Source of the DNA: Lama glama
Taxonomy: Eukaryota
Direction of reading: 5' to 3'
Assembly (NCBI GenBank): GCA_028534125.1
Contig: CM052816.1
Span: 71,798,001-71,862,000 of the forward strand
DNA: 64,000 nt
The translations under genes and the position numbers were made by a program. Shown in pieces: positions 1 to 12,320 of the stretch (its first letter is position 1; each line of letters opens with the position of its first letter). The notes beneath the pieces are model-generated. The model had not been told where the DNA came from. It was given only the letters and a program-made list of their open reading frames with translations, and ran no database searches.

Positions 1-20
1 TTTTGAGTAAAAATAGAGTC

Positions 21-538
21 ATCCTAGTTAAGTGAATACATCAGAGTTAAGTGATATAGATGGTATTGAGAATTAACTGGATACACAGGAGAAGATGGAC
101 TTTGCTGTCTGTCGTTGATGGGAGTGAATAAAACACACAAACTTCATCTTTTTCACTTGCCAGCTGGTGCGGCCATCTGCGTACCCAGGTACGTGCAGAA
201 TGTGGGTAAAGCCCCAGGGGTGTCCTCTCAGAAACGCACCCGCCTGTTTGACCATCGCCTCCAGAGCTGCAGTCAGCACTCAGTTGGTCTGCAGCTCTCG
301 GTTCTGAGCCCTGGCCCACCAGAGCCACCCTCTGGGGCACTGTCTGGACAAGTGCTGGTACTGGGACTCCTCTGGAATGCTTCTTCCTTCTGCCTGCATT
401 CCTACTTAGACTCCTGTTTTTTTCACTTCCCTCATCTCTGAGACCTTCCCTTCTATGCCATGGGGTGCCAAACTGCCAGGCTTACATCTAAGACAAAGGT
501 TTTTCCTATTATGTCTGTTGCTTCCTTTAATTAAAAAA
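21..538 (+). pseudogene. Candidate retroposed insert of unknown source (processed retrocopy fragment or orphan L1 3' transduction)
   Basis: Flanked by identical AAAAATAGAGTC at 9-20 and 539-550; ends in ATTAAA running into an 11-nt A-run (533-543); more GC- and CpG-rich than flanks; not recognisable as a repeat family. Confidence 0.5.
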
Positions 539-1439
539 AAAAATAGAGTCCTTAAATTGTAGTCTAACTCTACGAATGAAGTTGGAGTTCTTCTTACCCT
601 TTCTTGGATTCTTTTTGTAGATGAGAAAATGCAGTATCTCTAAAATGGATAGGAAAGCCTCACGAAAGTATCCTTAATATGGAAATTATTTGTCTCATCT
701 TTTACTGTGTCTAGGACTGAGGAAGGGTGTTTCATTGTCAAAGCACTTCATAATTGAGCATTTAGAGCACTTTGGTTTCTTTTCATCCCGTTCCGGGAGG
801 TCAAATTGCAAAAGCCATTTAATCCAGTTATTTGACTTTTTCTCTCTCATCAATACTGGTAGCAGACTGTTGGCATAAATGACTTTTCTTAACAGACGCG
901 CTACTGACCTTTTTGCCAAGAATATGTCCGTCTAGAAAAGTTCAGTGTGTAGACACTTTAATGGGTTTTGCTGTCATTCACCGTGTTGTGGGGGAACCTC
1001 TCCTTATGTCTGCACACCTTTGGAGCTCTGACACCTATTCTGTTCAACACTGTTATTGGTGTTATTGCCATATACGAAGTTACTGCCTTGCAGTCATTAT
1101 ACCTCTTACTCTTCTGGAATGATCGATTTTCAGGCAGTGCAGAAAGCACTCCTACTCCCTTAAATATGAGAGCTACAACATTTTCAGCTGCCAGCAATTT
1201 TAAGCTTGCTCTTTCACTGAATCTGAGGATAAGTGCTTTAAGCAAATTCAATGACTCATTATCATTCCCTGAGTCATGACTGTGTTTATCAGCAATGGAT
1301 AAAGCAGAGGAAGAAGACATGGTTCTTTCCCCAAATTCCCAATTACGTTACTCACACACTTACAGAACAGTTCTCTAAGTATATCATTGTACTGGAGCAA
1401 CTGTTGCATGGAAAGTTACACGGACAAGGAAGCAAGAAA

Positions 1440-2040
1440 ACAGTCCACCCAAGGACGCTGGCACATGGGATTCTACAGCCTCGGTTTCTTAAAAGCAGGA
1501 AACAACTGTAACACATGGAGAAATCTAAATGGCCAGTAATAGGAAATGGGGAAGTAAACTGTGATATACTCATCTAATAGTATTAGACAGTCATTTAAAA
1601 TTAAGTGTAGCAAAAAGATAATGGCATAATGGCATGGCACAATGCTTATGAAATAAAATTATTTTTAAAATTCAGGATATAATCTATTTGCCCAGCTTGA
1701 TCTTAACTGTTTTTTTTTAATTGAAGTATATAGTCAGTTACAATGTGTCAATTTCTGGTGTACAGCATAACGTTTCAGCCATACATATACATACATATAT
1801 TCATTTTCATATTCTTTTTCATTATAGGTTACTACAAGATATTGAATATATTAACTGTTTAAAAGTATATGCATAGAAAAATAAATGGGGGTAATTTTAA
1901 CAAAATGTTACCAAGAGCCATCTCTGGATATTGGGATTCTATGTGAGATAACTATTTTTTTTTCCTTATATTTCTGTGTCTTCCAAAATTTCTACCAGTA
2001 ATTATTTATTAATTTCATGTTTGGAAAGAAAAAGAAGCCT
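1440..2040 (+). mobile_element. Ancient L1 (L1ME-like) 3' region, interrupted by a younger L1 fragment
   Basis: Degenerate L1 motifs aatctaaatggccagtaataggaaatgg..aaactgtgatatactcat and 3' UTR-like ttatatttctgtgtcttccaaaatttcta; boundaries approximate. Confidence 0.6.
1713..1850 (-). mobile_element. Young L1 3' terminal fragment
   Basis: T-run then aattgaagtata..gttacaatgtgtcaatttctggtgtacagcat (reverse of L1 3' end); TSD TTAACTGTTT at 1703-1712 and 1851-1860; same family as 35889-36351 and 52988-53227. Confidence 0.9.
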
Positions 2041-2467
2041 TTATTAGAAGAGATTTTGATAAAGCAACACTGTGAATAGCAAAATGTCCTGTAATTTTAA
2101 ATGTAGAACATATTACAAATTAATTTAAGATGTTTTTTGGAAGCAGAGGAGAATATCATCTAAGAGAAAAAAGTCTTCTTAAGATTTAAAAAAGGTCAGT
2201 AATGAAACAGCAGATGTGTAACCTCTGGGTAACATCTGTCCTAAGCTGACTCTTGTTCGTAAAAAAAGATCTAGGTGAAACATAAAATGAATTCTCTTAT
2301 AGGAGAAAGGCATTGAGAACTTATGGAGATTTGAGCACAGGTGTTTACCAATCTTTTAAAACAAAACAAAATGCTAAATCTCCTTTTGACCAAAATAAAA
2401 ATTCTCTGGGCAGCTCCAACCATACATTAACTTAAATGTATTTAATCTGATCCAGTTTAGTTTTAGT

Positions 2468-3060
2468 CCAGTTTAACAAATATTTACTGAAAAACATATC
2501 TGCCTGACCCAGCACTAGGTACTGAAAATACCAGAAGAGTAAGAGAGGAAAAAATGTCTTCACCTTTTTACCCACCAGCTGTGCACACAATCTCATTTGG
2601 GTGTGGTTCTGCCAGGGGAGAGGAATTCTGGGAGGAAGTGCAGGGTACTCAGAGGAGCCCAGAGACCTGACACCGGACTTGGAAGCATCTGGCCCCCAGA
2701 ACAATTGCAAGAAGTGAAGTAGGAAGTAGATAACAACTGCACGTGTGTATGTGTGTACACGCTTAGACATGTGTTGGGGACCAGGAGGCTTGGGAACTGG
2801 GTTGAGGTTAACGAGTACATGCAAAGAGCAGTTAGAAAGAGATGGCATGGAGCATTAGAAAAAGGGAAACAAGTTTGGTTTGGTTCAAGCTCAGAGTCTG
2901 AATTAGCAACTAAAAAAGAGAAGAGATTAGAGAAGTAGAAAGGATGCCTATGCAGCTGAAGAATTAGAATTCATCTTCCAGGAAATGGGAAGATATTTAA
3001 GGGTTTCAATGGGAAAAAATTTGTTCAGATCTGGTTTAAGAAATCTACCCTGTCTGTAGG
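2468..3060 (-). mobile_element. L2 LINE fragment(s)
   Basis: tttaacaaatatttactga..ccagcactaggtactg is the reverse of the L2 3' end, followed by degenerate purine-rich L2 body. Confidence 0.6.
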
Positions 3061-3417
3061 AGTTTTGCTTTCTGTATTTTATTTTATAAAAATAAAGTTT
3101 TTTTTTCTAAATATGTAATTACGTTAAATTTATTACGCTTTTCAAGTTACTCCTCTTCCCCATTTTGATACTCTTCCCTCAGAGCTGGGCTTACTTCCTT
3201 AAAGTAGAGCTTAGAATTACTGACCTTAAGTGAGAAAAACCAGAGAAACCTCAAATATTATTACACCAAGGCATAAGGGATCAGAGTCTGCATTACTGAA
3301 TTGAAATCGATGCATTTCAGCATCTCTGAGCCAGCTGAAAAAATTTTTCATTTTAAAGACAAGTTAGAGAACTCTCTTACTCTAGAATAAGAAGGGTGAT
3401 ATAAACAACTTTCTCAG

Positions 3418-3545
3418 CCTCCTCTTTCTTCCTTTCTTCTTCCTTCCTTCCCAATCTCCCTCCCTTTCTTCCTTTCTTTTTTCCTTTTTCCTTTTCCCTT
3501 TCTTGTTTCCTTCCCTTCTTTCTTTCCTTCCTTCTTTCATTCTTT
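3418..3545. repeat. Polypyrimidine (CTTT/CCTT) low-complexity tract
   Basis: ~125 bp almost entirely C/T. Confidence 0.9.
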
Positions 3546-4421
3546 TAATATTTACCAAGTATTTATGATTTGAAGAGATTTTTATGATATAGTGTTTATA
3601 ACCCAACTGTATATTTATCTTGCTGGGAAGATTAAAAAAAATGGAAAAGAATTCATTAAGGAAAAAAAGTGAAGCAATATATGCATTAAGTCCCCAGCTG
3701 AGTGCTACAAATTTTAAGTTCTCTAATTGTTCCAAGAGGAAAAGATATTTGCGAGCTGGAATTGCTGGGAAAGATTTGATTTGACTTTATTTGATTTGAT
3801 GAGATTTGACTAGGTTAGGACTCGATGTGAACTGAAAAAATTTTCATGGATTTGTAACATGAAAAACCTTCCCAACTGAAAAACAGCTAGCAAAGGCTGT
3901 TATTATTGTTAATAATTAAATTTTAATTTCGAAAGTTAAAAGCTTGGAGGCAGGAGCCGTATAAACTTCTCAGATTGGTTGTTTGTAATGATTAGAAGGA
4001 GAAGCCACTCTCTTTGGAGTCTGTTTTCTGTTAAATAGAAACTTTGAATGATATTAGATGAGCTATTTGGCTTGAAAATGTTAATTGAGAAATAAAATGG
4101 AAACTTTTCGCCCAAGATACTCAAATTCAAAAGTTCTGTATCTGGAACATTACTAACAAAATTATTGACTAATCTGTGTTCTATTTTTAGAGCATCTTAA
4201 AATCTGGAGGCTGTTTTAGTGATGACGTTCTCTGAGAGTGTCAATAGTTGTATGCTCAGTTCTCCAGTTTTCAGGTACTTTTGTATTCTTAAATGGATAC
4301 AAACATTTGTTGCAAAAACTGATCATCAAGCCTTAACGTTTTTTCAAAGATACAATTCTCGACATTAATACATTCATTTGAAAACTTCAGATAAAGTTAT
4401 GTAAATGTATTCCACCTAGGG

Positions 4422-4632
4422 CAGGGTTTCTCCCATCTCAGCATTTTTGATTTTGGGGGCTGGATAATTCTCTCTCGTGGGGAGCTGTCTTGTGCACTGT
4501 AGGATAGTTATCAGCTGAGCTCTACCTACTAATAATCAGTAACACGCTCCTACTTTGAACAATCAGTAATGTCTTTGGACATTGGAAAATGTCCCCTCGG
4601 GGGGCAAAATTGCCCTCAGTTGCGAACCACTG
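4422..4632 (-). mobile_element. MER20 (hAT-Charlie) non-autonomous DNA transposon
   Basis: Termini cagggtttctc and gaaccactg; internal aaatgtcccctcggggggcaaaattgccc matches MER20; degenerate 8-bp TSD ACCTAGGG (4414-4421) / ATTTAGGG (4633-4640). Confidence 0.9.
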
Positions 4633-5799
4633 ATTTAGGGCTACCCTTTCAAAACCTCCAACTTGGCAATTTAAGACAGCAGCTTTGATCTAACCTATTG
4701 GTTTTATGAGTATAGTATATACCTGTGGGCATTAAAGACTGATACTACATTTCTATTTTTTGATGGCTTGAGCAATAAAAACTCATGCACTTAGATTTAG
4801 TCAGTTTTGCATTTCCTTTTATTTGTACCATCATTAGAATGAAGAAAATCCACAACAAACAATCTAATCCAAGTATGGACCTTAAGGGACCAGAGAAGGA
4901 GCCAAAGTTTTGCAACCTTCCTTATATTATCCTTTCTGTACTATTAGAATAACTTAGTTTTTACAAATATTTCAGTTAATTAACTTTTTATTCATTTGGT
5001 CTCAGTGCAAGAGCAAGGTAGAGCTGCTTGATTAGTTTATTACTTGGTTCTACCTTTTGCTTACAACTGAAAGACACATTTTTATCCAGACACTTTTAAA
5101 CCAAGTCTGTTTAAAAGTTTTGTTTACATATGTTTATATAACATATTTAGAAAACATAACTGGGATAGATATAAAACCACAAAAATAATTAAAGCGGAAC
5201 GTATTGATATGTCTCATAATTGTTCTAGATTCTTTAGGGGAGATTCAATTCCAAATGTTTCGAAGCTTTAAATACTGTGCAGGCATAGCTCTATGAAGCT
5301 TTTTAATTTTGAGATTCAGATAATATATGGTACTTCATTTATAAACATCAAAAGCAATTTATGTGCTAATATGCTCACTTCTGATTAGGCATACTTCAGA
5401 ATATGTTATAATTTAATTGCTTATGTATCAATGAGTGATGTCTTTTTCTTCCCCAAGCAGAATTTCTCTTTATTCCAGAATTCACTACCACCAGGCAATC
5501 TACACATTGATAATTTCTAAATGCAATGGGAATATTTTTTGTTTGAAAAAGAATTTTTATTTTTCTCTTCACTTTGATAGAAATTTCTATGTCTCTAAGC
5601 ATATAGTTAAAGGGAAAATGGTATGCTCATATAGTTTCTTTTTCGTAATGGATACAGTTTAATCTAATCCTATTCTTAAATGTTTATGTGCAATTTCTCT
5701 TTAATGCAAGGAATTTCAATATATCCAAATATTCAACACAATATGTACATCTATATTTATATGTCAAACATAAACCGAGCTATCAAAAGATAATTAGGT

Positions 5800-6200
5800 G
5801 AGACATGCGTGTTTTGTCATAATTAATATTCTGTCAATAGGCTAGATAAGAAAACTCCAAGGGTTAATGTTTTGCTGGGCTGCCAGATACTGTTGCCAGT
5901 GAATTTTTCTAGCTCACTCCATTAATCCAGTCAGCACAATGGATCAGGCTGGAGATGTGTCTCCATAAATCACTCTGAAGTGCTGGGGGTAGGAGTATCT
6001 AATTAATCAGCACTGTCATTATGTTTGACTTGTAGCTGCCTTACTGTGTTTGGGATGGAGATTCAGTGTGTTTAACCCACATGCTCCAGTGGTGGTTTAA
6101 ACAGATCTCCAGTGGTGTGTAAATTTTAACCCATTTTCAGAAAAAGTCAACCAGTGTGATTCAACCATATTTTTTTTAACAGCAATATGTCTTTAAAAGG
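5800..6200. promoter_or_regulatory. Candidate conserved non-coding/enhancer block
   Basis: Repeat-free complex sequence with homeobox cores (TAATTAAT, CCATAAA), MEIS-type CTGTCA, NFI half-sites TGCCA and duplicated CTCCAGTGGTG; conservation not testable here. Confidence 0.35.
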
Positions 6201-6856
6201 TATGACCCCTCATTACTTTTAGTTAATTTTGCATCTGCTACATTAGATCTCCTTTTGTGATGTTAAAAACAAGACATATTTGAATATTATGTTGTATGTT
6301 AACAGCATGGTCAGGACAAAAATCTTAAAATATTTTCTTAACCAATAGGATAGCACACTTTAAAAATGGAAAGAACTTTTGTATTTTAGTTCATTGTCAT
6401 CATAAGTGAAACTTTATTCTGTACCTTTGATTTTTACTCTTGAATTTCACTATTTTGGGATCCATATATTTTGATATACTACTTTTCCTTCATAAGAATA
6501 TGCACTAATGAAGCTATTACTTTTGGTTTAAAAAATCATATATCTAGATATTACTCATTTTGCTGATGTGTACACTACCTCAAAGACTAGTTCTAGGGCA
6601 TATAGCTAATACAAGGTTGACTCAGTCTCCATCCTGTTTCATATTCCTTAGATTACCAAGAACATAGGAGGGATAGATTGTAAAATAGATTTGTACATAT
6701 AGCTTGTGGAATGCACCATTATTTTATAACAGTACCCAATGTCTTTAATGAGAACTAGTACTAGATAATGCTACAAAATTAGAACTTTTCCTCACAAAAA
6801 CACAGAAGTTAGGTAGTACTACTACTCTTATAAAAAAATAAAGTAATTCCATAAAT

Positions 6857-6894
6857 CTATCTATCTGTCTGTCTACACACACACACACACACAT
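6857..6894. repeat. Compound (TCTA/TCTG)n-(CA)n microsatellite
   Basis: tctatctatctgtctgtctacacacacacacacacaca. Confidence 0.9.
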
Positions 6895-7619
6895 ATGGCA
6901 GATGTTTTCCAGTAAACATGTTTATCTTGACAAGGATGTGGGGGAGTTGGTCTTTGGAAGAGTAACACTTATTTCAATAATGATGCAACCAGTTGTCAAA
7001 TATTTCTGGATTTCTTCTTTTGAGCACTTTCAGTAATGGTGAAACTTGATTCTCCAAGAATGAATTTTATTGTCAATAAAACCCGTCCTTCAGCTAAAAA
7101 ATGTCCTTCAGTAGTAAATATCATATTAACTATCTAGATAATGCTAAATAGAATAAAATTGACAAGAGGAACCACAGAACAATAAATCAGTTTATCCTGG
7201 AAAATTTTACTCAGGAAGCAAATTATTTAGTACACGTGCCAGAAAATTAAGGGTTAAATCTGCTAACAAAAATGTATTAGTCCGAATCCTAAATTAGAAA
7301 AAAACCTCATACTTGGATTACCTGTGTTGTCATTTCAGCTTCTTACTGGAGAATTATCAGATAGATAGACATGGATGTGGATATATGTGTACACATCTAT
7401 ATCATATATTCACATTTATATAGCATATATATGTATAAAACATGCATATGTATATGTTTTACATCATCATATTTAATTATATATAGTTTTTTACTTAATA
7501 TTAACTATTAGATATTTTCATTTAAGGCATATTTTTAAAAATCTACAATATAAATTTGGGATTTCCTTACTAATTTCACTTCTTTTCATGTATTTTTCTG
7601 CTCTGTTCCTTGTAATTCA

Positions 7620-8000
7620 AATTGGTCTTGCCACTCCTTATCATTAAAGGGTTGATGTACTTTCTCTCTTCCGGTGGTCGGAAAAGACCTGCTAATAACC
7701 CTCCATCCTACTATGATTAGACGCACACATCTGCAAGTTAAGCGGGATGACAAGTTTATTTGTGATTATGTGACAGAGGAAGTCTATCTGATGAATTGGG
7801 AGATGAAGCGTCTCGTTTTGGTCCTACTAACTGCTCTAACTCTCTGGACTTGCAGAAAGATCTAGAAATTGAGCAGCCACTAAAAAAAAAATTCATCTAA
7901 TAGTGTCACAGTGACCCGATTAATAAATTCCATAAAATGGTTTGGAAAGGAGTACCCAATCCCCTGGTGTTCCTGCTTCTGCAAATGTAAATTTTCTGGT
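7620..8000. promoter_or_regulatory. Candidate conserved non-coding block
   Basis: Repeat-free with several retained CpGs; ETS-like CTTCCGG and GAGGAAGT, TGACA sites, TAATAAA/CCATAAA HOX-type cores. Confidence 0.3.
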
Positions 8001-8739
8001 GACTTTCTACCAAATGATTTAGTACTTCTCAGCACAAATCCCCAAAACAAGCAAGCATGTTTCAAACTTTTAAGAATTATCAAAAATGTCAAGAAAAACA
8101 CCCCCAATTATATACACTTTATTATGGCTAATAAGCTTAAGCTTTGGGTAAAAAGAACTTTTTGGAGGTAAAGATTCTTGCAGAGTGTCACACACAGAAG
8201 AAAATGTGATATTCACATTTTTAAATGTATCATAATACTATGGTGGCTGTGGCTTTTAAAACACTGTTATGTGGGAGGGAGCTAAAGAACTCATCCCTCG
8301 TGAATGTGGGCAAGCCTCTGACTATAGTTTGTCAGATCTTGGTCATTTACATTTCACTTTGTTTCCAGATACATAGTATTTTGAAACTACAATATATGCA
8401 GGATACTCTGCTAGTCTCTGAGTAAACATATGAATAAGATTCACTTGGGTTGCATTTTAAAATAATCTTCATATATACGTATATATCATTTTTAAAATGT
8501 CCTTGTTTTCAAATAACAGGATTATTTATAAGGGACGTATGTGGATGTTTCTCAAAGAAAAAGATAAATTTTGATTAGGGTTTAACTTCAGTTTTCCTAA
8601 ATTTTACTGAAATTTCATATCCTTAGCTTCAAAGGAATTGGATTTGATACAAAATATCTGCTTGAAATGATCTAATTGGCTAGAAAATGTTTGGTTCCAT
8701 CAACTAACTTTTTCTACAGTTAAAACAGTTTCACCTCTG

Positions 8740-9610
8740 TGTGGAGTTTCTTATTCTCTCAGTGAGCAGTTTGGAGACACTATCTATATGATGGATGCTG
8801 TGGGGGAAAAGGAAATGGAGGCTCTGTTGTTGGAGCCATGAGACTAGCTAGTAGGTAAAACATATGTCATCATAAACGTGATAATAATACAACATAACAC
8901 AGCACAAGGGCTAAGTGGCCATCAGGGGTGAGGAAATTAGGAAGGCTGACTGTGACAGGTTCCTAGGTGGTTAGAAGTGAGAAGGTCATTTCGAGTATGA
9001 GAAATAATGATGGTGTAGGCAAAAATAATGAAGTAGGAATATTCAGAGCATTACAAGTAGAGCAGTCCAGCTTGAGTGATGAGTGGGAGATAATGACAGA
9101 AAGTGAGGTTGAAGTGAAATTATCAAGAGCCCTGAATTCTAGCAAAGCAGCTCAGAATTACCCTATTAGCCATGGGCAGCCATCGAATACTTCTGATGAG
9201 ATTAGTAATAAAATGAACAATTTTTTTAAGAGTGTCTGTGCATAAAGATCTGAGTGTGGGAGGTATGAACTCAAGAAGATCATTTAGGAGGCTGCTGAAA
9301 GGGGAGTTTAGAGGGGAAGTGATAAGGACCTGGAACAGAGTAGTGACAGTTGGAACTGGCAAGAATGGAAGCCCCTGAGAGCAGCTGTGTAGGGCTTAGC
9401 TGCGCAGTGCTTCTAGCTAGTAGACTGCTACCATGTCCTACAGCAGTTGGGAAGAAGGGACCGCCCACAGTTAACTATAAGCCGTTAGGGTGATTGAAAA
9501 TCTGACAGCGACAATATTGAATAAAATAAGAAAGTCAGAAGAGGAAATTTCTATTTTGAAAGCACAGGTTTTATTTTAGGCCAGGTGATTTATAAGTGAT
9601 ATTGGGGAAT
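8740..9610 (-). mobile_element. L2 LINE fragment
   Basis: Degenerate reverse L2 3' end (tatctatatgatggatgctgtgg) followed by purine-rich L2 body. Confidence 0.6.
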
Positions 9611-11074
9611 ACAAGAATTTTTCTTTACCATAGTCATATTGATGCATACATATATACGTAGTGGATGAAGTGAATTTGGGATAATTATGTCATTATTTTG
9701 ATCCATGTAGAAATCTAATATGGATTTCAATTTTTAATCAAATTTTTGGAATTAAGTTATTTAATTTTCTGTCTATAGCAGAAACCATCTCTCTCAGTTA
9801 TTTTTCCACTATACTTTTCTTTACAGAATCAATCTGTGAGTGTATAATTTTTACATTGAAAATAAAACTTTAATAATTATAAGCATATTTTTTTCATTTT
9901 TTAAACATGTATAATGATTGAAAATAAACATAATATATACTAAATATCCTAAGACACCACTTCTGATATATTACATTGTTTTTAACTTTACAGAACATTT
10001 ATTGGCTTGAGAATAAAACAATTTTAAATTCATATTTACAAGAAAGGATTAGTATATAAGATGTATTATTAGAGTGACAAATTCAGACTTACGACCATAG
10101 AAAAGTCCCTTCTTCCGTGCCAAATAAGACAAACTAGCATTAACCAGTTGTATTGCTTTTCAGAGGAAAATGAGCGTGATGGACCCTGATTGCATGAATA
10201 AGGGTGTTCTAAAGACTTTTACACACACACACATGCACACAGGCACACACACTGACACAGATCTTATAAGAGTCAAACATTGCTGAATATGTCAGAAACA
10301 TCATACTGAACTGACTTGTTCAAAAAGCTTTTGAAATAATTTTCAAATGATTTATTTCACAACCGTATGAACTGCAGGACAGAGGTCCCTTATATTTTAT
10401 AAGTACTACACGCTTCAGGCAAACAACCCTCTAAAGTCACAGGCTGTTACCATTTGTAGCAGGGGAAACTCTTGGGTGGTCCTCTGGGGAACCGTTAGGA
10501 AAACAGTATTGCTGTGATCCAATCTGTACAGCAGAGCATCATAGAATCAGGAAAAGAGAGAAAGGGTGGAATTCTCCACCTAGGCCAAGATGTGGGAAAG
10601 AAATCAAATGCATTACTAATAATACTCTGTTTTGAAATAGAGGAGCTGCTGTATGACTCTATCTCATTGCATTCACCTTATGAAATATGCCATTTTCTTC
10701 CATATTTTGAGAGGATAAATACATTACAAAAGCCCAGTTCTGAAAAGATGTTCCAACTGAAGTGGCATTCCCTGGGTACAATGAAAAACTAAGTCCTCAG
10801 AATCCCTCCTGAAGAGTAAGTTATCCTGGGAATTTTCTGCTTATCTTCTCCAGTTCAAACCACTCGCCTAGATTCCCCTGAAATCAATGGGATCCTAGGC
10901 TTAGATCTACTTACAGGTTCAGAGGAGATAGGAGGCCACATGATATTCCAGTTTGAGGCAGCGTTGTCAGCCCCTCAGCAGCGTTTAGAATCAAGTGCAT
11001 TCGGGTTAGGCTACCTGTTCAATGCTTTATTTCAAGTACTAAAAATCTCCTAGTAATTCCAGTAATTTTATATA

Positions 11075-11290
11075 TTCATTCATTCATGTATTCATCGGCT
11101 CATGTATTAATTCATTCAACCGATATTCACAGTCTTCTTACAATGAACCAGGTATTTTTTTGTGAGGCCCTGTGAATAAAAAGGCCAGTAAAAAGGGGGC
11201 ATTATTCCTTCTCTCATGGAGTTTACAATCACAAGGTAGAAGATAGTAATTAATAAAATCATCTCAAGAAGAACACACAATTGATAGCTG
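11075..11290 (-). mobile_element. L2 3' end
   Basis: (TTCA)n tail, then ccttctctcatggagtttacaatc, typical of reverse L2 terminus. Confidence 0.7.
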
Positions 11291-12299
11291 AAACTATGGA
11301 AGTTCAGATACAGAAAATGTGGATCCATCATGACCTGTTTCACAAAGTTGTCTTAATTACTGATATGTTTGTTGAAGTTACATTTACACCCCAGGAGAAG
11401 TGAATGTTATTTTATATATATATATGTATCTAATTGATTTCTTTACTGAGTAATATATATAACAATTACATGGACAGTACAATTTCCCCCAAGTTGTGTT
11501 TGTGTGAGTGTGTTTATATGGATGAACTTTCATACAAATTTGACCTTTAGAAGAAACATTCAATATGAATTTATGGAAAAAGAAATTATTTTCTCATTGA
11601 GAGAATATTTTTATTAATAAAAATTATTATTATAAAGAATAGCTACTTGAGAAAAGTTTCTTTCCAAATCTTTTGTGATAACTTGTTAATATGAATATTA
11701 TCCCTTAATTTTTATAAATTGCAAGAATAAGGTAGAATATTTAAATGTCAAGGAAATCAGTGAGATGAGAGAGAAAATTCTATTTCCTCAAGCATCACGA
11801 TAATACAGACATAAAAATATGCTTAGTGAGAATTCTGGGTTAAGTTTAATAAAGAATGCACAGAGCCGTGGAGAATAAGGACGATGCTGCTTCTTTCACA
11901 CTCGGGTTTTTCCTCATGTACTGTTGAGTTCATTCCCACCAACCTGAAGCTCTTTCATGAAAATGGCAGCAGAAGTATCATCTATTCCCCGACATCTGGA
12001 CACACACACATCAGCAGCAGGCCTACCAGCCATCAGGGCATAAAACTAGGCTAGAGGTCTGGACGCATCATCTGGTACCTGTTATAAGTCAACGTAGGCC
12101 GTGTGCTAAGTGGCTTCACAGATTGCACCAAGCAAGGAGCAAGCCCCAGGAGACAAAGCCAAAGGCAATATTGCTCTGAAGGGCTGGAGAATTGTGGCAG
12201 TGGTCTCCGTTAGTGACATTGATGATACTGATGACAATTAGGAGAGAGGGCTTAGACTGTGAATGGGGGCAATTCAGCTGCTACAATATCCATCTGCAG

Positions 12300-12320
12300 A
12301 CTGTTGCCTGAGGCAACAGT
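12300..12320. promoter_or_regulatory. Perfect 21-bp palindrome containing RFX X-box-like and AP-2 motifs
   Basis: ACTGTTGCCT-G-AGGCAACAGT; GTTGCC-TGA-GGCAAC at 12303-12317 and GCCTGAGGC at 12306-12314. Confidence 0.45.

Noticed and set aside
695..1320. Adjacent minus-strand ORFs (120 aa and 74 aa) that look protein-like
   Set aside because: Separated by stops, no recognisable domain, no convincing splice sites or retrocopy hallmarks; a BLASTX search would settle it
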